The notes: generated by a model from the sequence alone, not told the origin. A DNA stretch of 64,000 bases from Gemmatimonadaceae bacterium (GCA_045803545.1 JBJMOW010000005.1:64001-128000); one strand, 5' to 3'. Positions 28,774-40,654 are shown, numbered from the stretch's first letter. Program-made: numbers and translations.

Positions 28774-29526
28774 TCACGGCCGAGTGCCCCACACTCCCGC
28801 CCGAATGAAATCGCGGTTCATCCGCGTGATGGAGTCGATGCTGATTTCCTTTGGACAGGCTTCCTGACACTCCCCGTGGAGTGTGCAACTGCCAAAACTC
28901 TCCAGATCCATCTGCTCGACCATGCTCAGCGCGCGTCGATATCGCTCGGGCTGGCCCTGCGGCAACAAGCCGAGATGGGTGATCTTCGCAGCGGTGAACA
29001 ACGACGCCGATGCGTTCGGGCAAGCGGCGACACACGCGCCGCATCCAATGCATTGAGCCGCATCCATTGCCGCGTCGACACTCTCTTTGGAAACCAGGAT
29101 CGAGTTTGCGTCCTGCGCTCCGCCAGTCGGCGCCGTGATGAACCCGCCAGCCTGGACGATGCGGTCGAGTGCCGAGCGATCGACGGCGAGATCCTTGATG
29201 ACCGGGAATGCCCGCGCGCGCCATGGCTCGATGTAGATCGTCGCGCCGTCCTTGAAGCTGCGCATGTGCAGCTGGCACGTCGCCGTACCCTTCATCGGTC
29301 CGTGCGCGATACCGTTGATCATCAGGCTGCAACTGCCGCAAATACCTTCCCGACAATCGTGATCGAAGGCGATCGGGACGTCTCCTCGTTCGGTCAATCC
29401 TTCATTCACGACATCCAGCATCTCGAGAAACGACATGTCGGGACTGACGTCGGTCGCCTCGTACTGAACCATCTTGCCGGGCTGGCCGGGTCCGTTTTGT
29501 CGCCAGACGTGAAGCTTGAATCGCAT
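28774..29526 (-). CDS. sdhB: Succinate dehydrogenase/fumarate reductase iron-sulfur subunit
   Basis: [22 protein letters not shown] and [12 protein letters not shown] motifs. Confidence 0.96.
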   Translation of the reverse strand: MRFKLHVWRQNGPGQPGKMVQYEATDVSPDMSFLEMLDVVNEGLTERGDVPIAFDHDCREGICGSCSLMINGIAHGPMKGTATCQLHMRSFKDGATIYIEPWRARAFPVIKDLAVDRSALDRIVQAGGFITAPTGGAQDANSILVSKESVDAAMDAAQCIGCGACVAACPNASASLFTAAKITHLGLLPQGQPERYRRALSMVEQMDLESFGSCTLHGECQEACPKEISIDSITRMNRDFIRAGVWGTRP

Positions 29527-31445
29527 TACTTGTAGCTCCGCTGCGAGAGCTTGACGTTCTCGAACACCAGCGGCTCCTTGTTCAGAATGGGCGGCTTTCC
29601 CTCGCCTGCATATTCCCAGGCGGCGACGTACGCGAAATTCTCATCATCTCGCAACGCTTCGCCGTCGGCGGTCTGACTCTCTTCCCTGAAATGTCCCCCG
29701 CATGACTCTTTCCGGTGCAGCGCGTCGATGATCATCAGCTCGGCGAGCTCCAGGAAATCCGCGACGCGTCCTGCTTTCTCCAGAGCCTGATTGAGCTCGA
29801 CGTCGCTGCCCGGAACGTTCACGTTTCTCCAGTACTCTCCGCGCAGGTCGCGAACCAGTCCCAGCGCCTTCTGCAACCCGGCCTCATTGCGCGCCATTCC
29901 GCAATAGTCCCACATGATTTTGCCGAGCTCACGGTGGAACGACATCACCGTCCGCTTTCCGTCGATCGACAAAAGCCTTTTCGTCTGCTCCGCGACCTGT
30001 TCTTCCGCAGCTTTGAATTCGGGATGCGACGCGTCCACTTTCTCGGGCTTGTTCGCCGCGAGGTAGTCGCCGACGGTGTTCGGAATGACGAAGTATCCGT
30101 CCGCCAATCCCTGCATCAGCGCGCTCGCGCCGAGACGGTTAGCGCCGTGATCCGAGAAATTCGCTTCTCCAGTGACGTGCAGGCCATCGATCGTGCTCAT
30201 CAAATTGTAGTCGACCCACAGCCCGCCCATCGTATAGTGGACGGCAGGATAGATCCGCATCGGCACTTCGTAGGGATTCTCATCGGTGATGCGCTGATAC
30301 ATCTCGAAGAGATTCCCGTAACGCTCGCGAATTACGTCGGCACCAAGGCGCTTGATGGCATCACTGAAGTCCAGGTAGACGCCGAGTCCACTGTCACCGA
30401 CACCACGACCCTCATCGCAAACTTCCTTCGCGGCGCGAGACGCGATGTCCCGTGGCGCGAGATTGCCGAAGCTCGGGTACTTCCTTTCCAGGTAGTAGTC
30501 CCGCTCGTTCTCCGGAATCTGGCGCGGATCGCGCTTGTCGCCCTGCTTCTTAGGTACCCACACGCGGCCATCGTTGCGCAGCGACTCGCTCATCAGGGTG
30601 AGCTTCGATTGATACTCGCCGCTGACAGGGATGCACGTTGGATGAATCTGCGTATAACATGGATTGGCGAATCCAGCGCCGCGCTTGTACGCGCGCCATA
30701 TCGCAGTCGCATTCGAACCCTGCGCGTTGGTGGAGAGAAAGAACACGTTGCCGTAGCCGCCACTTGCGAGCACGACTGCGTCTGCCACGTGCGACTCGAT
30801 CGCACCCGTGACGAGATTGCGCGTCACGATGCCGCGCGTCTTGCCGTCGATCACCACGAGATCGAGCATTTCGGTGCGCGGATACATCGTCACCCCTTTG
30901 CGCTCGATCTGCCGCTCCAGCGCCTGATATGCGCCAAGCAGCAACTGTTGACCCGTCTGACCGCGAGCGTAAAAGGTTCTGGAAACCTGCGCGCCGCCGA
31001 ATGATCGATTCGCGAGCAAGCCGCCGTATTCACGCGCGAACGGGACACCCTGCGCCACGCACTGGTCGATGATGTTCACGCTCACTTCGGCCAGGCGATA
31101 TACGTTCGCCTCCCGTGAGCGAAAGTCGCCGCCCTTCACCGTATCATAGAACAGGCGGTAAACACTGTCACCGTCGTTCTGATAGTTCTTGGCTGCGTTG
31201 ATACCGCCCTGCGCCGCGATGCTGTGCGCACGACGCGGAGAATCCTGGAAGCAGAAACACTTCACCTTGTACCCAAGCTCACTCATCGTCGCCGCGCCGG
31301 CTGCTCCGGCGAGGCCCGATCCCACGACGATGATGGTGCTTTTCCGCTTGTTGGCGGGATTCACCAGCTTCATCTCGAAGCGATGCTTATTCCACTTGTC
31401 GCCGATCGGGCCGGTTGGAATGCGGGCGTTGAGCTGCAGGGTCAT
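29526..31445 (-). CDS. sdhA: Succinate dehydrogenase/fumarate reductase flavoprotein subunit
   Basis: [17 protein letters not shown] (FAD-His), QIHPT, HYTMGG and HGANRLG motifs. Start moved to ATG 31445. Confidence 0.96.
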   Translation of the reverse strand: MTLQLNARIPTGPIGDKWNKHRFEMKLVNPANKRKSTIIVVGSGLAGAAGAATMSELGYKVKCFCFQDSPRRAHSIAAQGGINAAKNYQNDGDSVYRLFYDTVKGGDFRSREANVYRLAEVSVNIIDQCVAQGVPFAREYGGLLANRSFGGAQVSRTFYARGQTGQQLLLGAYQALERQIERKGVTMYPRTEMLDLVVIDGKTRGIVTRNLVTGAIESHVADAVVLASGGYGNVFFLSTNAQGSNATAIWRAYKRGAGFANPCYTQIHPTCIPVSGEYQSKLTLMSESLRNDGRVWVPKKQGDKRDPRQIPENERDYYLERKYPSFGNLAPRDIASRAAKEVCDEGRGVGDSGLGVYLDFSDAIKRLGADVIRERYGNLFEMYQRITDENPYEVPMRIYPAVHYTMGGLWVDYNLMSTIDGLHVTGEANFSDHGANRLGASALMQGLADGYFVIPNTVGDYLAANKPEKVDASHPEFKAAEEQVAEQTKRLLSIDGKRTVMSFHRELGKIMWDYCGMARNEAGLQKALGLVRDLRGEYWRNVNVPGSDVELNQALEKAGRVADFLELAELMIIDALHRKESCGGHFREESQTADGEALRDDENFAYVAAWEYAGEGKPPILNKEPLVFENVKLSQRSYK

Positions 31446-32104
31446 CGCACAAAACCTGTGAATACCGCGAGCGGCACTGAAGTGAACGCTGCCCACACCA
31501 GGACCGCGATCAACAGCGAAAGTCGCCGATGCAACGGGCGCGGACTGGGAGGACTGACGCCAATGCTGCGCATCGAGCTCCACGCGCCGTGAAAAAGGTG
31601 AAAACCGAGCGCGATCATCGCGACTACGTAGAACAACGTGACCCACCAGATGCGAAAGCTGCTAATGACATTGCTATACACGTCTTCGTGACTGAAAACG
31701 CCAGCGGGCCGGATGGAGCCCGTCGTGAAATGCAGGATGTGAAGGACGATGAATATGAGCAGCAGAGCTCCACCCCACCGCATCGTACGCGACGCAACGG
31801 TCGCAACCTGTGCTTCGTGCTTCACATAACCCGTCGGTCGGGCTGCCCTGCTCTGTCGGGTGAGTTGCACGGCTGCGATCACATGCAAAGTCACCGCGAC
31901 GATCAACGTTATCCTGAGTGCCCACAGCAGCTCGGCGCTGCTTTTCAGGAAACGTGAATATGAGTTGAGTGCAGTTGATCCCTGAAAGATCAACAGGTTG
32001 CCGAGCGAGTGCAGAATGACGAAGCCGATGCCAATGACCCCAGTGACGCCCATGACGACTTTCTTGCCGACCATGGACCCATAGAACGTTTGAATCCCGC
32101 CCAT
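31442..32104 (-). CDS. sdhC: Succinate dehydrogenase cytochrome b558 subunit (five-TM type)
   Basis: [15 protein letters not shown] and HLFHG heme-ligand His residues; upstream of sdhAB. Confidence 0.93.
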   Translation of the reverse strand: MGGIQTFYGSMVGKKVVMGVTGVIGIGFVILHSLGNLLIFQGSTALNSYSRFLKSSAELLWALRITLIVAVTLHVIAAVQLTRQSRAARPTGYVKHEAQVATVASRTMRWGGALLLIFIVLHILHFTTGSIRPAGVFSHEDVYSNVISSFRIWWVTLFYVVAMIALGFHLFHGAWSSMRSIGVSPPSPRPLHRRLSLLIAVLVWAAFTSVPLAVFTGFVR

Positions 32105-32111
32105 CAGCGAG

Positions 32112-33100
<989 letters not shown>

Positions 33101-33113
33101 TTGCGCGTGTTGC

Positions 33114-34097
33114 TCAGCCGCCGACTTGCGACAGCGCGCGCAGTCCACCCACTTGCATTTTTAGCAGCTCGTGCTGCTTCGGTTTTGCAGCGAGCGCGTC
33201 GCGGAAGAACGGCTCGAGGGGAATGCCGTCGCGCAGCGGAGTGCGGAGATCGACTTCGTGATCGCCAAACAGGCAGGTGCGTAGCCGGCCGTCCGCTGTC
33301 AGCCGCACCCTGTTGCAGCTCTCGCAGTAGGTGTGCGACATCGGCGTGATCAATCCGATCCGTCCTCTCGCGCCGTCGAAGCGGAAGTAGCGTGCCGGGC
33401 CGTTGCCGCGCGCTGGCGCAGTGGCAGGACTAAGCGGGTCGATCGACTCCAGTCGCTGGAGGATTTCCCGCATCGGCACCACGTGCTCCCAGGTGACGTC
33501 GCGCATCTCTCCGACCGGCATCAACTCTATGAATCTCACGTCCCAGGGATGCTCGAACGTCAGCCGCGCAAAATCGCCTATCTCGTCATCATTGATTCCG
33601 CGCATCACAACGACATTCAGCTTGATCGGCGACAAGCCCGCGCGCTCGGCGGCTATAGCAGCAGCGATAGGATCGAAATCGATAGATCGGCGAGCGATCT
33701 GCCGAATGCGATCGGGGCGCAGGGAATCAGCGCTCATGTTGACTCGGTCGAGGCCGCCGGCCCTGAGGGTTCCCGCCAACTCCGGCAGCCGCACACCATT
33801 GGTCGAAAGCGCGATGTCCTCAATCTCAGGAATCGAACGCAGCATCTCGATCAAGCGCGACAGCTCGGGTCGCAATGTTGGCTCGCCGCCAGTGATGCGG
33901 AGACGTCGCAGTCCAAGCGGCGCGAGCTGCGCGACGACGCGAGCAATTTCTTCGTACGACAGGATGTCAGATTTGGGGAGCCATTCGACGCCCGCGAGCG
34001 GCATGCAATACAGACAGCGGAAGTTGCAGCGATCGGTAACCGAGATTCGCAGATACTCGATCTGCCTCCCGAACTGATCGCGCAAAGCTTCCGTCAC
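33114..34097 (-). CDS. moaA: GTP 3',8-cyclase MoaA
   Basis: YLRISVTDRCNFRCLYC, CESCNRVRLTADG and terminal GG. Start moved to GTG 34097. Confidence 0.97.
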   Translation of the reverse strand: MTEALRDQFGRQIEYLRISVTDRCNFRCLYCMPLAGVEWLPKSDILSYEEIARVVAQLAPLGLRRLRITGGEPTLRPELSRLIEMLRSIPEIEDIALSTNGVRLPELAGTLRAGGLDRVNMSADSLRPDRIRQIARRSIDFDPIAAAIAAERAGLSPIKLNVVVMRGINDDEIGDFARLTFEHPWDVRFIELMPVGEMRDVTWEHVVPMREILQRLESIDPLSPATAPARGNGPARYFRFDGARGRIGLITPMSHTYCESCNRVRLTADGRLRTCLFGDHEVDLRTPLRDGIPLEPFFRDALAAKPKQHELLKMQVGGLRALSQVGG

Positions 34098-34534
34098 CGA
34101 GTCGTCGCCCCGCTGCGCGCGGTAGGATCTACCCACTCGCTCGTTCCATCGACGAAGTGTTCGCGTTTCCAGATCGGCACGCGCTTCTTGATCTGCTCGA
34201 TGACAAAGCGTGTGCACTCGATGGCGCCAGTGCGATGCGCATCTGCAGAAGCAATTGCGACACTAATCTCTCCCACCCTCAGCTCACCGATTCGATGCTC
34301 GGCGACCAGCGACGAGATTCCGAATTTCTCGCCGGCTTCTCGCATTATGTCAGCGAGCTCGGATTCGGCCATGGCGCGATACAGGTCGTACTCTAGCCGC
34401 TCGACCGAGCGCCCTTCACTCAGATCGCGCACAGTGCCGACAAAGATCGACACCGCGCCGGCGTCGTCCGACCTCACCTCGCCGAGTAATGCAGAGACGT
34501 CGATCTGCCGGTCTACTATCGCGGAGCGAATCAT
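34094..34534 (-). CDS. moaE: Molybdopterin synthase catalytic subunit
   Basis: FVGTVR, HRIGEL and KKRVPIWKRE motifs. Confidence 0.96.
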   Translation of the reverse strand: MIRSAIVDRQIDVSALLGEVRSDDAGAVSIFVGTVRDLSEGRSVERLEYDLYRAMAESELADIMREAGEKFGISSLVAEHRIGELRVGEISVAIASADAHRTGAIECTRFVIEQIKKRVPIWKREHFVDGTSEWVDPTARSGATTR

Positions 34535-34776
34535 CCGCCTGAGACCGGCGGAATCAGGGCGATTTCGTCCGTCGCGCGAACAAGCTGATCCGGAGCGGCG
34601 AATTTTCGGTTGATGGCGACTCGCGGCAGTGGTGGGAGCACATAGGATCCCGGTCGTGAGCGAACCTCCGCGATGAGTTCAGCCACGGTACTCTCGGGTG
34701 CCAATTCGATTTTCAGGTTATTCGCGCCGAAGCTCTCGGCGTAGGAGGCGAAGAGGTGTACTGTCACCGCGGACAC
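34531..34776 (-). CDS. moaD: Molybdopterin synthase sulfur carrier subunit
   Basis: 81 aa with N-terminal LFA and C-terminal EIALIPPVSGG. Confidence 0.95.
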   Translation of the reverse strand: MSAVTVHLFASYAESFGANNLKIELAPESTVAELIAEVRSRPGSYVLPPLPRVAINRKFAAPDQLVRATDEIALIPPVSGG

Positions 34777-34797
34777 GACACGTTCTCCGGTAAGTGC

Positions 34798-35118
34798 TTA
34801 CGCCTCCGACATCTGCGATACGTCAACGCCTGCGACAAGCGCGCGCAATTCCTTTGACGGCTTAAACACGGGGACCGGCCGCGCCGAGACCTCAACAGGA
34901 GAGCCCGTTCTGGGGTTGCGGGCCATTCTCGTTTTGCGGTTTCTGATCTTGAAGGTGCCGAAGCCTCTTACCTCGATGTTTTCCTGCGACTGCAACGACT
35001 CTTTGATCGCTTCGAGGAAAGCATCCACGACGCGAGCGCAATCTTTCTTGGAAATCATCGGCCCAGCAGTGCGTGAAATCTGGGTCGTGACACGCTCGAC
35101 GAGGTCGGCTTTGGTCAT
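34798..35118 (-). CDS. HU/IHF family DNA-binding protein (IHF-beta-like)
   Basis: MTKADL, IEVRGFGTF, ARNPRTG and VFKPSKEL motifs. Confidence 0.95.
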   Translation of the reverse strand: MTKADLVERVTTQISRTAGPMISKKDCARVVDAFLEAIKESLQSQENIEVRGFGTFKIRNRKTRMARNPRTGSPVEVSARPVPVFKPSKELRALVAGVDVSQMSEA

Positions 35119-35164
35119 GAAATACTCCGGTATGTATGCGCGCCAAGTACGCGTAAGTGCTTTG

Positions 35165-35193
35165 AACCTATGACTTTACTAATATGCTGTCAA
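35165..35193 (-). promoter_or_regulatory. Sigma70 promoter of the HU/IHF-moaDEA unit
   Basis: Perfect TTGACA-N17-TAGGTT on the minus strand. Confidence 0.7.
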
Positions 35194-35206
35194 GCAGAAG
35201 CTGGAG

Positions 35207-36319
35207 CTAGCGAGCGACGGCGCGCAGGGCATTTAGAAACTCCTGGAACAAAGGACGCGCGTCATGCGGACCCGGCGCTGCCTCAGGATGGTACTGCACT
35301 CCAAACACCGGCAGCTCCCGATGGCGTAGCCCCTCGATGGTCCGATCGTTCAGGTTGACGTGAGTCACTTCCAGCTCACCGGCACCAGCGACCGAGCGCT
35401 CATCGCCGGTCACCGCAAACCCATGGTTCTGCGATGTGATGAGCACTTTGCCGGTTTCGACCTCTTTAACGGGATGGTTCCCGCCGCGGTGGCCGTACGG
35501 CATCTTGACCGTCGTTCCGCCGAACGTCAGTCCAAGCAGTTGGTGGCCGAGGCAGATCCCAAAAGTTGGAACGCCAGCGCCGGTGATGTCGCGAATAATC
35601 CCCGGCGCATAACTGACCGCCTCAGGATCGCCAGGACCGTTTGAGAGAAACACGCCGTCCGGCTCTGACTCCAGCGCTTTTGCTGCGGGTGTATCCGCCG
35701 GCACGACTGTCACCCTACACTCATTCTCGCTGAACAGGCGCAAAATGTTGCGCTTGATTCCGTAGTCGTACGCGACGATGTGGTGCTTCGCACGCGGATC
35801 GCCCCAGGTGTACGGCGCCGTTGTCGACACTCTCGATGCGAGGTCGAGGCCCACCATCGACGGGCACGCCTCGAGTGCTGCCCGACTCGCTTCGTCCGGC
35901 TCCTCGCCCGCTCCAATCACACCCCGCATTACCCCGACCGACCTGAGGTGTCGCGTGAGGCGTCGAGTGTCAATGTCTTGAATGATTGGAACTTGAGCAG
36001 CGGCGAGCCATTCATCGAGCCCGCCCGACGCGCGCCAATTCGAGTAGCTCGCGGAGAGCTCACGAACCACAACTCCGGCGACCTGAGGTGCGGCTGATTC
36101 CGGATCTTCAGCGTTGATCCCGTAATTGCCAATCTGCGGCGCTGTCATCACCACGATCTGCCCGCGGTACGACGGGTCAGTGAAGACCTCCTGGTAACCG
36201 GTCATGTTGGTAGTGAATACGACCTCGGCCACAGCCGGGAGCAGCGCGCTTGTGTTCGCTGCGATCCGTCCACGAAAAAGGGTTCCATCCTCAAGGAGGA
36301 GGAACCCTGGTTCTGTCAC
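35207..36319 (-). CDS. carA: Carbamoyl-phosphate synthase small (glutaminase) subunit
   Basis: LLLEDGT, GYQEVFTDPSY, LSNGPGDP, GICLGHQ and QYHPEA motifs. Start moved to GTG 36319 because the longer ORF overlaps secG. Confidence 0.96.
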   Translation of the reverse strand: MTEPGFLLLEDGTLFRGRIAANTSALLPAVAEVVFTTNMTGYQEVFTDPSYRGQIVVMTAPQIGNYGINAEDPESAAPQVAGVVVRELSASYSNWRASGGLDEWLAAAQVPIIQDIDTRRLTRHLRSVGVMRGVIGAGEEPDEASRAALEACPSMVGLDLASRVSTTAPYTWGDPRAKHHIVAYDYGIKRNILRLFSENECRVTVVPADTPAAKALESEPDGVFLSNGPGDPEAVSYAPGIIRDITGAGVPTFGICLGHQLLGLTFGGTTVKMPYGHRGGNHPVKEVETGKVLITSQNHGFAVTGDERSVAGAGELEVTHVNLNDRTIEGLRHRELPVFGVQYHPEAAPGPHDARPLFQEFLNALRAVAR

Positions 36320-36335
36320 TCGATGCTCGGCCAAG

Positions 36336-36743
36336 TTAGCGCTTCGGTGTCGGTGTCGGGGCTGGAGCGGTGGTATTTGGGGTTGTCGCCGGAGTATTTG
36401 CGCTTGGGGCAGGCTCCAAAGGAACGGCGGGCGCTGAAGTCGGCGGTGGTGCTTGCTGTTGCGGCGTTGCCAGACCTTTCTCGAGGACTGAGCGCGGCGC
36501 AGACGTATGGGTGGACATGATCTGCAGCACGAAGCACAGGAAGAGGAAGACCCCACCGCTCCACCAGCTGGCTTTGGTGAGAAGGTTTCCTGCCTGGCGA
36601 ATGCCGATGAACGCATCCGGAGAAGAGCTGGCACCGCCGAAATTGGCGGCCAGTCCGGTGCCCTTTCCGGATTGCAAAAGCACCGCTGCCATGAGCACGA
36701 AGCAGTCGATGACCAGAAGAATCAAAAGAAACGTGTAAAGCAT
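36336..36743 (-). CDS. secG: Preprotein translocase subunit SecG
   Basis: Two TM segments with VLLQSGKGTGL; Pro/Thr-rich tail; downstream of tpiA. Confidence 0.93.
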   Translation of the reverse strand: MLYTFLLILLVIDCFVLMAAVLLQSGKGTGLAANFGGASSSPDAFIGIRQAGNLLTKASWWSGGVFLFLCFVLQIMSTHTSAPRSVLEKGLATPQQQAPPPTSAPAVPLEPAPSANTPATTPNTTAPAPTPTPKR

Positions 36744-36772
36744 TGATAGAGTTGGAGTTCAGCTAGCCGTTG

Positions 36773-36801
36773 AATATCTCGTTCGCGACCGACTGAGTCA
36801 A
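36773..36801 (-). promoter_or_regulatory. Putative internal sigma70 promoter for secG-carA
   Basis: TTGACT-N17-GATATT overlapping the tpiA stop codon. Confidence 0.4.
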
Positions 36802-37547
36802 GTCTGCGCGATGGTCAACCAGGAGCTCGCGTCAACGCTCGCTCCGCCAACGAGGAGGCCATCGATCTCGGGGGCGCGAAGAAGCCCGGCGGCGTTGGAC
36901 GAGTTCACGCTGCCACCATAAAGAATGGGGATTTCGTTGGCGCGCGTGCCGATCATATCACGCAGCTCGGACCGAATAACGGTATGAATAGCGGACGCAT
37001 CCCCTGCGGACGCCGTGAGTCCCGTGCCGATTGCCCAGACTGGCTCGTAGGCAATCGAGAAATCGACCGAAATAAGATTCTCGATTTGCGCCACGCCTTC
37101 GCGCAGTTGTCTTTTCACAAGCCGCTCGGTTTCGCCTGCTTCGCGTTGCCCGATTGTCTCGCCGATGCAGAGCATGAAACTGAGGCCAGCTTTGGTTGCG
37201 GCTGCGCATTTCTTCGCGCACTGCTCGTCGGTTTCTCCGAACACGTGTCGACGTTCGGAGTGACCCACCAGCGTTACTCGCGCGCCAGCATCGCGCGCCA
37301 TCGTTGCCGAAGTCTCGCCGGTGAAAGCACCCTTCTCCGCCCAGTAGATGTTTTGCGCGCCAGCCAAAACGTCGCTGCGACCGCCGAGCGCGCCGGCAAC
37401 GGCGGGGAGCGAGACCGCCGGAGCAAAGATGATTACGGTACGGTCGTCACGACTGCCATACGTGGCGAGAAAAGCATCCATGAATTTCTTCGCCGCCGAT
37501 GGACCGTTGTTCATCTTCCAGTTGGCGGCGAGAACCGGTTGCTTCAC
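36798..37547 (-). CDS. tpiA: Triosephosphate isomerase
   Basis: ANWKMN, GHSERR, AYEPVWAIGTG and LVGGAS motifs. Confidence 0.98.
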   Translation of the reverse strand: MKQPVLAANWKMNNGPSAAKKFMDAFLATYGSRDDRTVIIFAPAVSLPAVAGALGGRSDVLAGAQNIYWAEKGAFTGETSATMARDAGARVTLVGHSERRHVFGETDEQCAKKCAAATKAGLSFMLCIGETIGQREAGETERLVKRQLREGVAQIENLISVDFSIAYEPVWAIGTGLTASAGDASAIHTVIRSELRDMIGTRANEIPILYGGSVNSSNAAGLLRAPEIDGLLVGGASVDASSWLTIAQT

Positions 37548-38746
37548 TACCTCGCCTCGTCGAGAATCTCGACTCCTGGCAATTGTTTGCCCTCGAGAAA
37601 TTCCAGGGAGGCACCGCCGCCGGTCGAAACGTGACTCATTTTGCTGTCGAGACCTGCTTCACTGACCGCAGCCGCCGAATCTCCGCCACCGACGATCGTG
37701 GTGGCTCCCTTCGAGGTTGCATCAGCCATTGCCTTCGCGATACCCCTGGTACCGGCATCGAAGGGCGGTTTCTCGAAGACGCCCATTGGTCCGTTCCAGA
37801 CGACCGTCTTCGCCGACGCAATGGCCCGGGAATACGATTGGATGGTTTGGGGCCCAATGTCGAACATGGCCTGATCTTTGGAAATCCCGTCGCGCTTTAC
37901 CGCCTTCGCCTCGCTGGCGCGTTCCAATGACGGCGCGACCATGGCATCATGAGGAAGCGTCAGTTTGGCACCGGCGCGATCGAGTAGACTCTTTGCCATC
38001 TCGACGCGGTCCTCTTCGACCAGCGATCTACCCGTCTCGAGCCCCATCGCTCGGTAAAACGTGCAAGCCATCGCCCCGCCAATCAGCAGCGCATCCACTT
38101 TCGGCAACAGCTGCTCGATGACATCGATCTTGCCTGAGATTTTAGCGCCGCCAAGTATCGCAACGAACGGACGCTTGGGATTCGCGAGGGCACTGTCGAG
38201 ATATTCGAGCTCTTTCTCCATCAGGAGCCCGGCAACCGCTGGTCGCAGGAACTCCGCGACTCCGACCGTCGACGAGTGGGCGCGATGCGCCGAGCCAAAT
38301 GCATCGTTCACGAAGAAATCGCCCAGCTCGGAAAGCGCCCGCGACAAACGCTGGTCGTTCTTCTCCTCGCCGCCGAGAAAGCGCGTGTTCTCCAGAAGTA
38401 GCAGCTCACCTTTCTTCAGATTGTGCGAGGCTTTGTACGCCTCGTCTGAATCGGTGGACTCGACGAACATCACGCTGCAGCCGACCAATTCCTCCAGGCG
38501 CCGCGCGACCGGCTGCAATGAATACTTCGCCTCCGGCTTACCCTTTGGTCTCCCGAGGTGCGAAAGAATTACCGGTCGGCATTGGCGCTCCAGGAGCAGC
38601 TCGATCGTCGGCAACGATGCGCGGATGCGCGTGTCGTCGGTGATGCGACCCTGGTCGTCGAGCGGAACATTGAAATCGACACGCACCAGCGCCCGCTTCC
38701 CGCGGACCTGGGCGTCGTCGAGATCCTTGATTGTTTTCTTGCGCAT
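37547..38746 (-). CDS. pgk: Phosphoglycerate kinase
   Basis: RVDFNVP, SHLGRP, LLENTRF and STGGGASLE motifs. Confidence 0.98.
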   Translation of the reverse strand: MRKKTIKDLDDAQVRGKRALVRVDFNVPLDDQGRITDDTRIRASLPTIELLLERQCRPVILSHLGRPKGKPEAKYSLQPVARRLEELVGCSVMFVESTDSDEAYKASHNLKKGELLLLENTRFLGGEEKNDQRLSRALSELGDFFVNDAFGSAHRAHSSTVGVAEFLRPAVAGLLMEKELEYLDSALANPKRPFVAILGGAKISGKIDVIEQLLPKVDALLIGGAMACTFYRAMGLETGRSLVEEDRVEMAKSLLDRAGAKLTLPHDAMVAPSLERASEAKAVKRDGISKDQAMFDIGPQTIQSYSRAIASAKTVVWNGPMGVFEKPPFDAGTRGIAKAMADATSKGATTIVGGGDSAAAVSEAGLDSKMSHVSTGGGASLEFLEGKQLPGVEILDEAR

Positions 38747-38752
38747 TGTCCG

Positions 38753-39769
38753 CTAGAGACGCTCGCCCATGAAGCGGAGCATGTCGACGCAGCGCGAAGC
38801 GTAACCCCACTCATTGTCATACCACCCCTGGACCGTGACGAGGGTGCCGTCGATCACGTTGGTGGTCTTCGAATCGAGAATGCAAGATGCCGGATCGCCG
38901 ATGAAATCCGACGAAACGAGCTCTTCATCCGAGTAGCGAATAATCCCCTCCAGCGGTCCCGATGAAGCGGCTTTCTTGAAGGCGTCGTTGATCGCCTCTT
39001 TCGTCACACCGGTCTTCTCGATTTCGACGGTGAGCACCGTGTACGAGACGTCGGGAGTCGGGACGCGGATGGCGGTGCCGTCGATCTTGCCCTTCACTTC
39101 CGGAATCACCAGCGAAGTCGCTTTTGCGGCGCCGGTAGTCGTCGGAATGATGGAAAGAGCGGCCGCGCGGGCGCGGCGAAGATCCTTGTGCGGCAGGTCG
39201 AGAATCTGCTGGTCGTTGGTGTAGCTGTGTATCGTGACCATCGAGCCATGTTTGAAGCCGAAGTTGTCGCGAACGACTTTCACCATCGGCACCAGGCAGT
39301 TGGTGGTGCACGAAGCATTTGAGACGATGGTGTGCTTGGCCGTATCGTACTTGTCGTCGTTGACGCCCATGACGATGGTGATGTCCTCGCCTTTTGCGGG
39401 AGCTGAGATGAGGACCTTTTTGGCACCACAGTCGATGTGCTTGCGCGCTGCGGAGGCATCCGTGAAGCGGCCGGTTGATTCAAGAACGAGATCCACGCCG
39501 AGGTCCTTCCACGGGAGCTGGCCAGGATCCTTCTGTGCGAGAACCTTGATCTCGTCGCCGTCGATCAAAATGGCATCGGACTTCGCTTCGACGTCGCCCT
39601 GATAACGGCGATGGACTGAATCGTACTTGAAGAGGTGGGCGAGGGTCTTCGTGTCGGTAAGATCGTTGACCGCTACGAAATCGAGATTGGCGACGCCGGC
39701 GTTCTTTGCCGCGCGCACCACTTGTCGTCCAATTCTTCCGAATCCGTTGATGCCTACCCGTATTGCCAT
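38753..39769 (-). CDS. gap: Glyceraldehyde-3-phosphate dehydrogenase, type I
   Basis: [18 protein letters not shown] and WYDNEWGY motifs. Confidence 0.98.
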   Translation of the reverse strand: MAIRVGINGFGRIGRQVVRAAKNAGVANLDFVAVNDLTDTKTLAHLFKYDSVHRRYQGDVEAKSDAILIDGDEIKVLAQKDPGQLPWKDLGVDLVLESTGRFTDASAARKHIDCGAKKVLISAPAKGEDITIVMGVNDDKYDTAKHTIVSNASCTTNCLVPMVKVVRDNFGFKHGSMVTIHSYTNDQQILDLPHKDLRRARAAALSIIPTTTGAAKATSLVIPEVKGKIDGTAIRVPTPDVSYTVLTVEIEKTGVTKEAINDAFKKAASSGPLEGIIRYSDEELVSSDFIGDPASCILDSKTTNVIDGTLVTVQGWYDNEWGYASRCVDMLRFMGERL

Positions 39770-39787
39770 TCCGTTCGCTCCGTTGGA

Positions 39788-40570
39788 TTAAAGCCGATCG
39801 CCACTGGCGTGGGCGCGGCCGAAAGTCACGTAAGAAATTATTCGAGCACCTGCTTCGTAGAGCACCTTCGCACAGCTATTGAGCGTCGCTGCCGTCGTCA
39901 CCACATCGTCAACGATTATCACGTGCGCACCAGCCAGCCTCTGCGCGTTGTCGACAATGCAAAACGAACCCGCAACGTTCGCCCGTCTATCCTCAGGTGT
40001 CAACCGAGTTTGCGTCTTGGTTTCACGCGTCCGACCTACCACATCTTCCCAGACGGGAAGCGTCCACTTTTGCGCAAGCTCACGCGCGATCAACGCACTC
40101 TGATTATAGCCACGCTGGCGCCTTCGCGCTGATCCCAGCGGCACTGGTACCAGCGCAGTCCTTTCCTGAACAACGTCGCTCGGCCACGACAGGCGGCTCA
40201 TCCGCTCCGCCAGATCCTTCGCGATTATCGACCAGCCTTCGTACTTGAGGGCGTGAACGATGTTCGAAATTGGCTCGACAGGCATCCAACACACCGAGCG
40301 GACTGCTCTGACAAATGGAGGCAGGAGCTCGCACCAGCGGCAAACGTTGCCCTGTTGAGGGTGACCGCAGCGATCGCATCTCGGCGCTGGCAGTAGTGCG
40401 ATTCGCGACCAGCACAGACCACACACCACGCCCGTATCGAAGTGACCCATCAGGCGATCGCACGCGACACAGCTGCGCGGCAGCAGCAGATCGAGCGCAG
40501 CGGCAAAGAGGGATGATGGATGGGGGATGCGAGCCAAGGGAGGGGGGATGGGGGATGAGGGACTGCACAA
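39788..40570 (-). CDS. comF: ComF family protein (double zinc ribbon + PRTase fold); start uncertain
   Basis: CxxC x4, VPVPL, RGYNQ and VDDVVTT motifs. The TTG start is uncertain and the N-terminus is repeat-encoded. Confidence 0.88.
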   Translation of the reverse strand: MCSPSSPIPPPLARIPHPSSLFAAALDLLLPRSCVACDRLMGHFDTGVVCGLCWSRIALLPAPRCDRCGHPQQGNVCRWCELLPPFVRAVRSVCWMPVEPISNIVHALKYEGWSIIAKDLAERMSRLSWPSDVVQERTALVPVPLGSARRRQRGYNQSALIARELAQKWTLPVWEDVVGRTRETKTQTRLTPEDRRANVAGSFCIVDNAQRLAGAHVIIVDDVVTTAATLNSCAKVLYEAGARIISYVTFGRAHASGDRL

Positions 40571-40653
40571 ATCAACAACGCCTTTTTCGCGGTCAGCCTT
40601 TCCGGTATTCGCACTTCTCCTCCCCCGTCCCCATCCCGCATCCCTCTTCGCCG
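40501..40653. repeat. Imperfect inverted repeat of GGGGATG/CATCCCC-like heptamers
   Basis: CGGCAAAGAGGGATGATGGATGGGG (40501-40525) pairs with CCCCATCCCGCATCCCTCTTCGCCG (40629-40653). Confidence 0.8.
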
Positions 40654-40654
40654 G

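Noticed and set aside
29715..31004. 429-aa ORF on the + strand
   Set aside because: Antisense shadow of sdhA; no recognisable motifs, and expected from high-GC codon bias.
33333..34613. 426-aa ORF on the + strand
   Set aside because: Antisense to moaA/moaE/moaD, which are clearly the real genes.
36336..36470. Pro/Thr/Ala-rich low-complexity tail of SecG
   Set aside because: Disordered C-terminal tails are common in SecG and there is no nucleotide-level repeat structure.
36320..36634. Apparent 105-aa N-terminal extension of CarA in the ORF track
   Set aside because: It overlaps secG out of frame; CarA homology begins at GTG 36319. Similar over-extensions of fabG, arcC, UPF0182, nuoG, nuoJ, nuoK, sdhA, moaA, icd and dcd were trimmed.
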